Shown: piece by piece, positions 1-8,595 of the stretch
How the letters are laid out: each line of letters opens with the position of its first letter
Numbering within the stretch: the stretch's first letter is position 1
Assembly: GCA_032128875.1 (NCBI GenBank)
Contig: JAVLKG010000001.1
Coordinates: 985,453-1,049,452, forward strand
DNA: 64,000 bases
From: Candidatus Melainabacteria bacterium 17Bon1m
Lineage (GTDB): Bacteria > Cyanobacteriota > Vampirovibrionia > Obscuribacterales > Obscuribacteraceae
Direction: 5' to 3'
The notes under the pieces: generated by a model
The model's database searches: none
What the model was told of the DNA's origin: nothing
The model's input: only the letters and a program-made list of their open reading frames with translations
Position numbers and translations under genes: made by a program

Positions 1-130
1 ATTCGCCGACGGGGACATGCACCTTTTTTATAACGCCACGCTTGTCAGTGCTGCCTAATTGCCATGCCTTGTCCTTTTCGACCCAAACTGCTTCGTCGGG
101 AACGCCGGCGGGACGAGTGGGAGTTTTCAT
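1..130 (-). CDS. hypothetical protein, N-terminal part (runs off window start)
   Basis: ATG at 130 preceded by AAGGA; reads MKTPTRPAGVPDEAVWVEKDKAWQLGSTDKRGVIKKVHVPVGE and stays open to the window edge; not in the ORF track. Confidence 0.55.
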   Translation of the reverse strand, partial: MKTPTRPAGVPDEAVWVEKDKAWQLGSTDKRGVIKKVHVPVGE

Positions 131-252
131 TTGAGATTCCTTTGGTAAGTACCAGCGCACATATAGGCGCTACGTCGCCTTTTGGAAAATTAGGAAGGCA
201 GATGTGAGACCCCAGCAAGGGCTCAATTCTTGCGCGGACTTCGGCTCCCAAA

Positions 253-1146
253 TTAGTGCTGTTCCGTCATTCGGCGCAGATCATTGAGTGACAACCAGCG
301 CAGCGGAAGGGTGTCTTCCATTGCTTTGCCTGACAGTATGCCAACTGTCTCGTGAGTCAGAGATAAAACCTTTGAATCAGGGTTTGGCACACTGGCGTAG
401 AGGACACCCAGCTTGTTTGCCGGGCTTTGGATAAACTTTTCAAACTCCCATCGCACCAGGGCAAAGCGAAGTTTTGAATGGAGAATCATAATCAGCAAAT
501 CGTTTTGTGCGCCGATTGCCGTCCAGTTTCCATCACCGGATCCTTCAACTACATGACCTGCGGGAATTGCTTTGGATAGCTGCTGCGCAGCATCGTTCTT
601 GTTGTAGGTGTGGTCTTGTTTCGCTTGATTGTTTGCGATTTTGACGAGGCGATCTACTTCAGACCCTTTGCCTGGAGTCGGCGGCGGTTGCATTTGAAGA
701 ACCGCCGCGGCAGCCGTTCTAATCTTGGACTGAAGTGCCTGCGAGTGCTCGGGATACTCATCCCATTCCTCAGTCGCTGCGATGAAAGGTCTCAAATATG
801 GATACAGCGGATCAAAGTCAGTGCCGTACTGTCCGATGCGTCGAGCGCCTTCGTATGCACCCATGCTTCCTTTCTGAACCTGCGTCGCGTACTCATGCAC
901 GAGCAGCCAAGCCGCTTCGATTTTCGTGCGCTCTTCCAAATTCATCTCGCCGAAAAGGCGCGGCAGCATTTGAGGAATAGATTCGACTTGCGACGGGTCG
1001 AGGGAGGCGAGCTTGCGCAGCGTCTGACTGTCGAGCCCTTCGCTGAGCAAAAGCCTGCAAATCTCTGGAACGTCCTCTGGATATAACGTTTGAATGGTCC
1101 ACTTCGCATGGAGTACGCGTAGGCGCTGATTTTCCCGTGGATGCAT
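253..1146 (-). CDS. hypothetical protein
   Basis: ORF 253..1209; likely start is ATG 1146 (MHPREN) with AGGAG upstream; no recognised motif. Confidence 0.7.
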   Translation of the reverse strand: MHPRENQRLRVLHAKWTIQTLYPEDVPEICRLLLSEGLDSQTLRKLASLDPSQVESIPQMLPRLFGEMNLEERTKIEAAWLLVHEYATQVQKGSMGAYEGARRIGQYGTDFDPLYPYLRPFIAATEEWDEYPEHSQALQSKIRTAAAAVLQMQPPPTPGKGSEVDRLVKIANNQAKQDHTYNKNDAAQQLSKAIPAGHVVEGSGDGNWTAIGAQNDLLIMILHSKLRFALVRWEFEKFIQSPANKLGVLYASVPNPDSKVLSLTHETVGILSGKAMEDTLPLRWLSLNDLRRMTEQH

Positions 1147-1258
1147 CAAGACGAAGCTCCTGGCGATGGATTGGTTCCCCGAAGAACACTTTATAGCCCA
1201 TGTCAACAAACTTCAATTGCCTTTTAAGGAAACTGGTTTTGGATTGCTTGACATGCTT

Positions 1259-3532
1259 CTAGCTAGAGCTTTGACTTGAATTGTTCTTGTCTAATTGTTC
1301 CCTGATTTCTTTTGCTTCTGCTCGATAACGTCTTGCACGCAAGGGGTTATTTTGCTGGTCATATAAAGACGCTAGTTTTTCTTTCGCGTCTAACTCATAC
1401 CGGGACGGTGACAAAACAGACCTTGCTCTATCATTAAATTTAGCCTCACACAAGGCTGCATCAGCTAGTCCTTTATGTCCGTCGTTTAAGTAAGCATAAG
1501 CCAAATTTGCGGCACAATCAGTCCCTGTGCGGTCATAGCGGATGTTCGTAAGCAGTATGAGGCGAGCGAGCTTCGCTGCTTGCTTGTAGTTTTTGAGTTG
1601 GTTAAGAGCGCAAACGCGATCAAGCATAGCCTCTCGATGTTCGTTAACAAATTGGTCTCTCTTTGATTCCTGTCCATCATTGGAACGAAGTGTTGACTGC
1701 GCTTCTAGGCTAGTTTCTAGCGGGCGCGAGGTAAGTTCGGCAAGTTGATAGTCAGTTAGCAGCAGTGCTAGGCGTGTTTCAATCTCCGAAATTATTAGCG
1801 CGGTTTCTGCTGATTTGAAATATTTTGCAGACGATAGATCTTTCAGTAGTTTTGTCGCAGTGGGTATGTCCGCGCGCTCTTCTGCAGATAGTGCGCGCAG
1901 TGCTAGCAATTTTGTCTGCTTTTTCAAATCGTTCTTGATCGCGCCTTCTTTTTCAATTGTTTCAAAACATACTTCAGCGCTAGTGGTTTTGCCTTGCCGT
2001 ACTAAGGATTCTGCATAGTCCAGAAGCATTTTGATTCTCTTATCCGAATCCACTTCTAGAACTCTGAGAACTTCCATCATTCGAATTGCTTGTTGCTGTG
2101 ACTTTTCGGGCTTTTGTCTGACGAGGACTTCGTTTTTCAAAAACTCTTTTTCATATGAAAGGCGAGCAAGATAAGATTGGGTTTTAGTGTTGGACAAGAT
2201 TTTATTGATTCGAACAACATCACCTTTTCGTCCAAGTTTTTCATAAACTAAAGCAAGATTGGTAAGCACAGAGATTTCGTCAGGCACCAGATTGTCAAAA
2301 AATAGCAGTTCGTGCATATCCCTGTTTTCGTGTGATACGGCATTGCCGAACCATGAATCAGCAGCTATTAGCAGCGGCAATGCACTCCAGTAGTTTTTCT
2401 TGGCAATGAAAACCTCAGCCCGAATGGCATCTGCTAGGGCTATGAATGCGCTGGGACATTGGATTTGGTAGGAAAGTTGACCAAGTGAAATTAGTTGGCA
2501 AATTTTATTTGCCATCGCATATTTGCCTTGCCTTCGATAGCATGCCGCAAGCAGCAATTTGTCAATTGGATTCAGAGTTTTAATTTGTTTCGTCAGCACT
2601 GCCTCAGCCTGCTGAGAATTCCCTGCTCTGAGGTAGGCGCATGCCAATTGAAGAAGCAAAATGTGAAGCGTCTTCTCCTCAACCTTGGACAATTTTGCAG
2701 CATCTACGAGCGCCTTTTGAGCTGTTAATGCCTCAGTTTTAGAGCATCTCCGGAAAAGGTCAAAATATATGTTGTCCAGTTGGACAAGGTATTGGTTTTT
2801 CGTTTGGGCTGATAATTTTGCAATTGCGAGTGCATCTCGAAAAAGCAATTTCCCATCGCTGGTGCCTCTAGGGATTTCACTTGTATATGAAGCAATTATT
2901 TGTGAAATCATGTTTTGAACTTGGCTATTAATCAATTTCGTGTCGTTGAATTCTGCAAGCCGTTCTACAGCTATAGTTCCAATTTCACGACCACAATTTT
3001 TGTTGGCTTGTGCTATCCGTGCCAATTTTGTCAGCAATAGCACCTTGGTTTTTTGTTGCTCTTTATTTAGAGTTGCGACTTTTTCGGCATCACGTGTCCA
3101 ATTCAAGAGATTTTGCGCAGCATTTTCTGACAAACTTTGAGGGGGATGTTCATCTATCGTGGCAAGGGCATTATCTAAGAGCTTTAGAGAATCTACGTCA
3201 GTTATTTTGAAATCATTTAGAGCAACTAGCCAATGTTCAGCAATGACAGGTCCGAATCTGTAAACGCTGTTTGATTCATCTTTCCTGCATAACGGCAATA
3301 TTGCGTTAATGCGCTCGCTTGGCGTTTTCTTTTCTTCTTTGAGTGCAAAAATATAGTCAAATACAAGGTCCACTGTATCTTCGAAATCTGTCTGCTCTGT
3401 ACTTTGAAGTTGAGCAAGCACCGAAGCCGAAGCTGAAGGCGAAGCGATGCCTTCTGCATAAACAGGGCAAGAACCACAAACTGTGGAGAATGCGGCGACC
3501 AATGTAATTAGTATTTTCAGCACATTTTGCAT
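1259..3532 (-). CDS. secreted helical/TPR-like repeat protein
   Basis: 757 aa ORF with signal peptide and TPR-like segments (LACAYLRAGNSQQAEAVL, LAACYRRQGKY, LASLYDQQNN). Confidence 0.7.
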   Translation of the reverse strand: MQNVLKILITLVAAFSTVCGSCPVYAEGIASPSASASVLAQLQSTEQTDFEDTVDLVFDYIFALKEEKKTPSERINAILPLCRKDESNSVYRFGPVIAEHWLVALNDFKITDVDSLKLLDNALATIDEHPPQSLSENAAQNLLNWTRDAEKVATLNKEQQKTKVLLLTKLARIAQANKNCGREIGTIAVERLAEFNDTKLINSQVQNMISQIIASYTSEIPRGTSDGKLLFRDALAIAKLSAQTKNQYLVQLDNIYFDLFRRCSKTEALTAQKALVDAAKLSKVEEKTLHILLLQLACAYLRAGNSQQAEAVLTKQIKTLNPIDKLLLAACYRRQGKYAMANKICQLISLGQLSYQIQCPSAFIALADAIRAEVFIAKKNYWSALPLLIAADSWFGNAVSHENRDMHELLFFDNLVPDEISVLTNLALVYEKLGRKGDVVRINKILSNTKTQSYLARLSYEKEFLKNEVLVRQKPEKSQQQAIRMMEVLRVLEVDSDKRIKMLLDYAESLVRQGKTTSAEVCFETIEKEGAIKNDLKKQTKLLALRALSAEERADIPTATKLLKDLSSAKYFKSAETALIISEIETRLALLLTDYQLAELTSRPLETSLEAQSTLRSNDGQESKRDQFVNEHREAMLDRVCALNQLKNYKQAAKLARLILLTNIRYDRTGTDCAANLAYAYLNDGHKGLADAALCEAKFNDRARSVLSPSRYELDAKEKLASLYDQQNNPLRARRYRAEAKEIREQLDKNNSSQSSS

Positions 3533-3559
3533 TTGAAATAGTGATTTCCAGTCAGTAAT

Positions 3560-5077
3560 ATGAATTGTATGTCTTGTTTAAGCAACAGTATTTTCCACAA
3601 TGTTTTCGTGAAGCTGAGCGGTAGCTTGCTTCCGTATTACGCTGCAAGTCTCATTGCGATGACTTTCACACTTTTGCCGGCCTTGAGTGATGAAGTCAGT
3701 GAGCCATTTTTACCGCCAGGACTCTCGATTATGCGGAAGATGGATGGCTATTATGTGGTCTCTGGATCTGAAGGTCATGGCATTTATTCTGCAAAAGGCA
3801 CTCTGATTATTCCAGCTCGATATGACGACATTAAATATGTCGGCGATCGGAAGTTCGTTGTTCGCAAATTCCAAGACGCTTCAACTAGCTGTTGGCTCTT
3901 TGACGATAAAGGAACCTTCATCGCCCGATTGCCAGATTGGACACTCGTGAATGACAGCGTTTTTCACGAGGGGCTGTTGAACATCGGCGACAGCTATTCC
4001 CCTACAGCGTTTGTAGATGAGAAGGGAAAGGTCCTTCCTAATTTCGATAGATACACTGATGTCAAAGAATTTTCTGATGGCTTGGCTGCCGCGTCACTTA
4101 CTAACAGAGATGGGCGGTGGGCTGGGTTTATTAACCACCAAGGAAAAATGGTAATAGGTCCATTCGAAAACGCTGATGTCTTCAAATTTGAAAATGGACG
4201 CGCGATTGTCGCTGCGAATCCAAAGACTGGAAAACCAAAGGCTGGCTTGGTTTCCAGTAAAGGCACTTTCGTTGTTCCGATGATTTACGATTCTATATCT
4301 TCAATAGGCAACGACAAATTCTGTGCGCAAAGAAATAATCAAGTTGCTATTCTGGATTCTGATGGGAAGGTGGTTATTCAATTTCCAGCTGATTGCACTT
4401 CTATAACTCCTCCAGATAAGTTCGATAAAAACACTTGGATTGCGTGTGGGTTTAAGGGGAAACTCAATCAAGGCTTGAAGTGGGGCTTTTGCGATGTGAA
4501 CGGGAAAGTTGTCTTAACGCCTCGGTTTGCACTCGCTTCAAGCTTCATCGGAAATAGAGCTGTTGCCTATGAAAAACTTCCGGTTGAAGGACTCGCTTGC
4601 GGAGTTATTGATCGGAAGGGCCGTTGGCTTGTTGAACCGAAGTATAAGTACATCACAATAATTGATGACAATCGCTGGAATCTCGGCGAATTGGTGAAAG
4701 GCAAAGAGCCCGCTGTAATACCTAATGCGCATTCAGCGCGAGCGCTGACTTTTCAAAAGGCATTGCAAAGTCATGACTTAATCGGAATGTCTCTTAGACA
4801 ATTTGAAGAATTAGTAGGAAAGCTGGAATTTCCTCCATATCTGAAACCGGAGAAGAAGCTCGGAGTGAAGGTGGCGCAGCTAGTGCTCGTTGATTCGATG
4901 TGCGGCCAAGGAAGTGAAGTGTTAACTGTGGCTTTAGATGCGAATGACTGTATCTCCGGATGGCGCGTTCTTGAGGGTGGGATAACTGGTCATAGCCAAC
5001 CATGGATCACTGAAAACGTTTGTTTGGATGACGGCCGAAAAGGTTTTCAACTCGGCAATCTGGTGCCAAAGAAGTAA
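3560..5077 (+). CDS. WG (KWG Leptospira) repeat protein
   Basis: Repeats such as FHEGL, FSDGLA, GFINHQGKMVI, KWGFCDVNGKVV, GVIDRKGRWLVEPKY; start uncertain. Confidence 0.8.
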   Translation: MNCMSCLSNSIFHNVFVKLSGSLLPYYAASLIAMTFTLLPALSDEVSEPFLPPGLSIMRKMDGYYVVSGSEGHGIYSAKGTLIIPARYDDIKYVGDRKFVVRKFQDASTSCWLFDDKGTFIARLPDWTLVNDSVFHEGLLNIGDSYSPTAFVDEKGKVLPNFDRYTDVKEFSDGLAAASLTNRDGRWAGFINHQGKMVIGPFENADVFKFENGRAIVAANPKTGKPKAGLVSSKGTFVVPMIYDSISSIGNDKFCAQRNNQVAILDSDGKVVIQFPADCTSITPPDKFDKNTWIACGFKGKLNQGLKWGFCDVNGKVVLTPRFALASSFIGNRAVAYEKLPVEGLACGVIDRKGRWLVEPKYKYITIIDDNRWNLGELVKGKEPAVIPNAHSARALTFQKALQSHDLIGMSLRQFEELVGKLEFPPYLKPEKKLGVKVAQLVLVDSMCGQGSEVLTVALDANDCISGWRVLEGGITGHSQPWITENVCLDDGRKGFQLGNLVPKK

Positions 5078-5117
5078 TGCAAACCGGCAGAAAGATACAA
5101 GTGCTAGAATGCTGAGT

Positions 5118-5157
5118 GCCAGGACGACCTGGCCTGTGAGTCATCCGGGACGGCCCG
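5118..5157 (+). ncRNA. guanidine-II (mini-ykkC) riboswitch
   Basis: Two hairpins with ACGR loops, GCCAGG-ACGA-CCTGGC (5118-5133) and CGGG-ACGG-CCCG (5146-5157), directly before the GGAGG RBS and an SMR gene. Confidence 0.9.
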
Positions 5158-5172
5158 ATTCGGGAGGCTGTT

Positions 5173-5490
5173 ATGTCCTGGATGATTTTGTTTTTGGCTG
5201 GACTTTTGGAAGTGGCCTGGGCTGTAGGAATGAAGCACATTGACGGCTTCTCGCGCCCATGGGTTTTGGCTGGGACTGTGGCGGCGACTATCTTGAGCGT
5301 CGTGTTGCTCGGGCTCGCCATGAAGAATCTGCCGCTGGGCACTGCTTATGCTGTTTGGACCGGCATCGGTGCAATCGGTACCTTTATAGTGGGAATTTTG
5401 TGGCTCGGCGATTCAGTGTCGACGGCGAGAGTCTTGAGCGCTCTTTGCGTACTGGTTGGGCTGATTGGTCTGAAGTTAAGCACCCCATAA
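5173..5490 (+). CDS. gdx: SMR-family guanidinium exporter (Gdx/SugE)
   Basis: 105 aa, 4 TM helices, WMILFLAGLLEVAWAVGMK and LPLGTAYAVWTGIG motifs; guanidine riboswitch upstream. Confidence 0.92.
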   Translation: MSWMILFLAGLLEVAWAVGMKHIDGFSRPWVLAGTVAATILSVVLLGLAMKNLPLGTAYAVWTGIGAIGTFIVGILWLGDSVSTARVLSALCVLVGLIGLKLSTP

Positions 5491-5560
5491 ATACCTGTTG
5501 TGAAGTGACTCGATTTACAAATTTTGCGGTGATTGATCAAAAATCGACCACCCGTGATAA

Positions 5561-5582
5561 CATTTAACCGTATCGTTAAATG
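5561..5582. promoter_or_regulatory. palindromic operator, probably for the ArsR-family regulator of this operon
   Basis: CATTTAAC-cgtatc-GTTAAATG inverted repeat just upstream of the RBS of the first operon gene. Confidence 0.6.
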
Positions 5583-5597
5583 AATGAGGTGCGTGTC

Positions 5598-6212
5598 ATG
5601 AAGAAGGCGATTGCCATTGTTGTGGGCGTCGTTTTGGTTGGAGTAATTGCGATTCTCGGAATTGCAGCAACTAAGCCGGACCAAGTTCATGTCGAGCGTT
5701 CGCTGACTATGAAGGCTTCGCCGGCTGCGATTCATCCTCATATCAACAACTACAAAAATTGGATGGCGTGGTCCCCGTGGGAAAAGCAAGACCCCAACAT
5801 GAAGCGCACTTTCAGCGGGCCTGAATCGGGCGTAGGCGCTAAGTACGCGTGGGTTGGAAATGACAATGTCGGCACCGGCGATATGACCATCACCTCGTCT
5901 GAGCCAGAGCAAATCAAGCTCGACCTGCACTTCGTCAAGCCTTTCGAAGGCACTAGCAAAGTCACTTTCTCAATGGTGCCGCAAGGTGATGCGACGAAAG
6001 TCACCTGGGCAATGGACGGCGAAAACGCTTACATGTGCAAGGTCATGCAAGTATTTATGAGCATGGATGAATGCTGCGGCAAAGAGTTCGAAAAGGGTCT
6101 TGCGAGCTTGAAGACTGTTTCCGAATCATCGCAAACCGCAGAAGGCAAGCCAGCCGAGAAGAAAGCCGCAGATAAGACTGAAGAGAAAAAAGAGACCGCA
6201 AATAATGGTTAA
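5598..6212 (+). CDS. SRPBCC (polyketide cyclase/dehydrase-like) family protein with N-terminal membrane anchor
   Basis: VERSLTMKASPAAI..WMAWSPW..GVGAKYAW..TKVTWAM..FEKGLASLK pattern; GAGG RBS before ATG 5598. Confidence 0.85.
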   Translation: MKKAIAIVVGVVLVGVIAILGIAATKPDQVHVERSLTMKASPAAIHPHINNYKNWMAWSPWEKQDPNMKRTFSGPESGVGAKYAWVGNDNVGTGDMTITSSEPEQIKLDLHFVKPFEGTSKVTFSMVPQGDATKVTWAMDGENAYMCKVMQVFMSMDECCGKEFEKGLASLKTVSESSQTAEGKPAEKKAADKTEEKKETANNG

Positions 6213-6576
6213 ACATTATTCTGAGCAGTTGGACAGAACGTTCTTTGCTCTTTCAGATCCTACTCGTAGAGCCATCATTGGCAGTCTTGCAGCTAAGGGC
6301 AGTTGTTCTGTTTTGGAATTGGCAGAGCCGTTTCAGATGTCTCTTCCGGCAATTTCAAAGCATTTGAAAGCGCTGGAAAATGCTAACCTTGTCACTCGAG
6401 AAAGACAGGGACGTGTTCACTACCTCAAGTTGTGCGCCGAGCCGATGTCGGAGGCCAATGCCTGGATTGAGGCATACAGGCGCTTTTGGACAAATCACTT
6501 AGACAACTTTGAGCGCTACATTACATCACAAACGTTCGGAGAGAAACAAAATGACGACAGCAACGAGCAAAGCTGA
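6205..6576 (+). CDS. ArsR/SmtB-family transcriptional regulator
   Basis: FFALSDPTRRAII..ELAEPFQMSLPAISKHLKALENANLV..GR winged HTH. Confidence 0.9.
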   Translation: MVKHYSEQLDRTFFALSDPTRRAIIGSLAAKGSCSVLELAEPFQMSLPAISKHLKALENANLVTRERQGRVHYLKLCAEPMSEANAWIEAYRRFWTNHLDNFERYITSQTFGEKQNDDSNEQS

Positions 6577-7003
6577 AGTACTGACGCTTAGTCTTTCACG
6601 TACAATCAAAGCGCCGGTTGAATTGGTTTATCGTGGTTGGACCGAACCCGAGCAAATGAGCATGTGGCTCGGCTGCGATAAAACTGCGACAGTCAAAGTT
6701 TCGCAAGATCTGCGTGTCGGCGGCGAATATCGCTTTGATGTTAGCTGCAGCGACGGCGAACAAGTCTGCATGTCTGGTGTTTATCAAAAGATCGAGCCAA
6801 ACAAAAAACTGGTTTACACCTGGAATAACACATCGCGCGAGTATCCTGCTTCCGACACACTCGTGACGGTGGAGTTCATCTCGAAGGGCGAATCCACAGA
6901 GTTGAAATTGACTCACGCCAACCTTAATGACGCAAATTGCCTGCACGGTCACACGCTTGGATGGACCGCATCGCTCGAAAAATTTGTTGCGCATTTCGCA
7001 TAG
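6551..7003 (+). CDS. SRPBCC (AHSA1-like) domain protein
   Basis: RTIKAPVELVYRGWTEPE..DLRVGGEYR..KLVYTW..GWTASLEK. Confidence 0.88.
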   Translation: MTTATSKAEVLTLSLSRTIKAPVELVYRGWTEPEQMSMWLGCDKTATVKVSQDLRVGGEYRFDVSCSDGEQVCMSGVYQKIEPNKKLVYTWNNTSREYPASDTLVTVEFISKGESTELKLTHANLNDANCLHGHTLGWTASLEKFVAHFA

Positions 7004-7025
7004 CGAGAGGCTCGCTTCGAGAGGC

Positions 7026-7082
7026 GTATGGGCGCATTGCATGCCCCCGCAGAAAAATTGGGCGCATGCAGTGCGCCCCCAC
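7026..7082. repeat. inverted doublet of REP-like palindromes (GTRGGGGCG...CGCCC family)
   Basis: GTATGGGCGCATTGCATGCCCCC (7026-7048) and the inverted copy GGGCGCATGCAGTGCGCCCCCAC (7060-7082). Confidence 0.65.
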
Positions 7083-7136
7083 AAAAAACAAAGTTCTGAT
7101 CCCCAAAGTCAAATCCCATCACACTAGGAGAGAACA

Positions 7137-7628
7137 ATGGCTACAGCTCAGAGTTGGAAACCAGCGCACGCTCAAACCGTGACACCGTACCTCATCATCA
7201 AAGATTGCGCTAAAGCAATGGACTTCTACAAGAAAGCATTCGGCGCGGAAGAAGTAGCACGTCTTTGCTCACCAGATGGCAAAATCATGCATGGCTTCTT
7301 GAAGTTCGGCGATTCGAACGTCTACTTCTGCGACGAAATGGACGATACCAAATGCGGCGCAAGCCCCTCGACATTGGGTAATTGCCATGCAACCATGCAC
7401 ATCTTCGTTGAAGATGTTGATGCCGCATTCAAGAAAGCCGTTGACGCAGGTTGCACACCATTCATGCCGCCAATGGACATGTTCTGGGGCGATCGCTACA
7501 CCCGCGTGACCGATCCATTTGGTCAGGGTTGGAGCCTTGCTACTCACAAACAAGACTTGACGCCTGAAGAAATGCAAAAGGCCGGCAACGAGTTCTTCAA
7601 GAACATGGAAGCTTGCCCCGCTAAATAA
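7137..7628 (+). CDS. VOC/glyoxalase (PhnB-like) family protein
   Basis: TVTPYLII..AMDFYKKAFGAEE..DMFWGDRY..DPFGQGW. Confidence 0.88.
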   Translation: MATAQSWKPAHAQTVTPYLIIKDCAKAMDFYKKAFGAEEVARLCSPDGKIMHGFLKFGDSNVYFCDEMDDTKCGASPSTLGNCHATMHIFVEDVDAAFKKAVDAGCTPFMPPMDMFWGDRYTRVTDPFGQGWSLATHKQDLTPEEMQKAGNEFFKNMEACPAK

Positions 7629-7652
7629 GCGCACAATCGTTAGTTAAACCGG

Positions 7653-7680
7653 AAGGCTCCGCGGTTTGCGGGGCCTTTTG
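7653..7680 (+). terminator. intrinsic terminator
   Basis: AAGGCTCCGC-ggttt-GCGGGGCCTT hairpin with a short T-run after the VOC gene. Confidence 0.6.
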
Positions 7681-7730
7681 TGCTAACATCAGCGGCGCCC
7701 GTCTCCTTTTGAGGTTGCGAAGAAGCAGCG

Positions 7731-8519
7731 ATGAACACAGCTCCTGCAAAAATAGCCCCGGCATTGCGCGCATTGCTCGAACGATTGATTGACTACGCCG
7801 GCATTTATCCTCCGGCCGCCCTTCCTCTCGAAACCTCGGTGGCAAATTACAGCAACTATCGGAGCAGTGAATTCTCGTGGATGCTCCGGTGGTTGGTGAT
7901 CGGGACCAACGAACTCCAGAATGTTCCTAAGTCGCTAGACGGCAGTATTTCACTTCTGTCGGAAACAGATGACGCGCGCGCAGCGACCATTGAAACAAAG
8001 GGCGTTGTTCAGGCGAAACGTCCGGTCTATTGCGAGATTGCTTTGGCGAATATAGACCAGCTCGATGCTGTGAAAACTGCTGGTAATTTTGCGAAAATCC
8101 GCACAGGTGGTGTCAAGCCTGAAGCGATTCCATCTTCCAAAGATGTAGCAGCATTCATCACTGCATGTGCTGAACGCCGTTTGCCATTCAAAGCAACTGC
8201 TGGATTGCATCATCCCATTCGTGCCGAGTATGCGTTGACCTACGAGGATGATGCACCGCGGGCGGTGATGCATGGTTTTCTCAATGTTTTAATGGCTGCT
8301 GCATTTGCATGGCAGGGCGAGAAGAACATCGAAGCAGTTATTGCCGAAACCGATGCCTCCGCTTTTACCTTCGATGGCGCGGCAAAGTGGCGAGGATCGG
8401 CACTAACGGTTGAACAGATCAAAGACGCTCGCGAAAACTTCATGCACTCGATTGGGTCGTGCTCTTTCGATGAGCCCGTGCACGAACTTCAAGCTCTAGG
8501 CTTACTTCCTTCGTTGTAG
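7731..8519 (+). CDS. conserved hypothetical protein (probable enzyme)
   Basis: 262 aa with conserved-looking motifs DYAGIYPPA, AKIRTGG, FKATAGLHHP, MHGFLN, GSCSFDEP. Confidence 0.75.
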   Translation: MNTAPAKIAPALRALLERLIDYAGIYPPAALPLETSVANYSNYRSSEFSWMLRWLVIGTNELQNVPKSLDGSISLLSETDDARAATIETKGVVQAKRPVYCEIALANIDQLDAVKTAGNFAKIRTGGVKPEAIPSSKDVAAFITACAERRLPFKATAGLHHPIRAEYALTYEDDAPRAVMHGFLNVLMAAAFAWQGEKNIEAVIAETDASAFTFDGAAKWRGSALTVEQIKDARENFMHSIGSCSFDEPVHELQALGLLPSL

Positions 8520-8544
8520 GCGCGACCAGTAGTTCATTCAATAA

Positions 8545-8572
8545 GAAGGGCTCTCGTTTCCGAGAACCCTTC
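8545..8572. terminator. hairpin between convergent genes
   Basis: GAAGGG-CTCTCG-tttc-CGAGA-ACCCTTC. Confidence 0.5.
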
Positions 8573-8595
8573 AAGCTTGAGAGCTAACGTATAAA

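Noticed and set aside
45-251. 68-aa ORF in the track
   Set aside because: It overlaps a better candidate in another minus-strand frame (ATG 130 with RBS), and its Arg/Ser-rich tail looks like an off-frame read.
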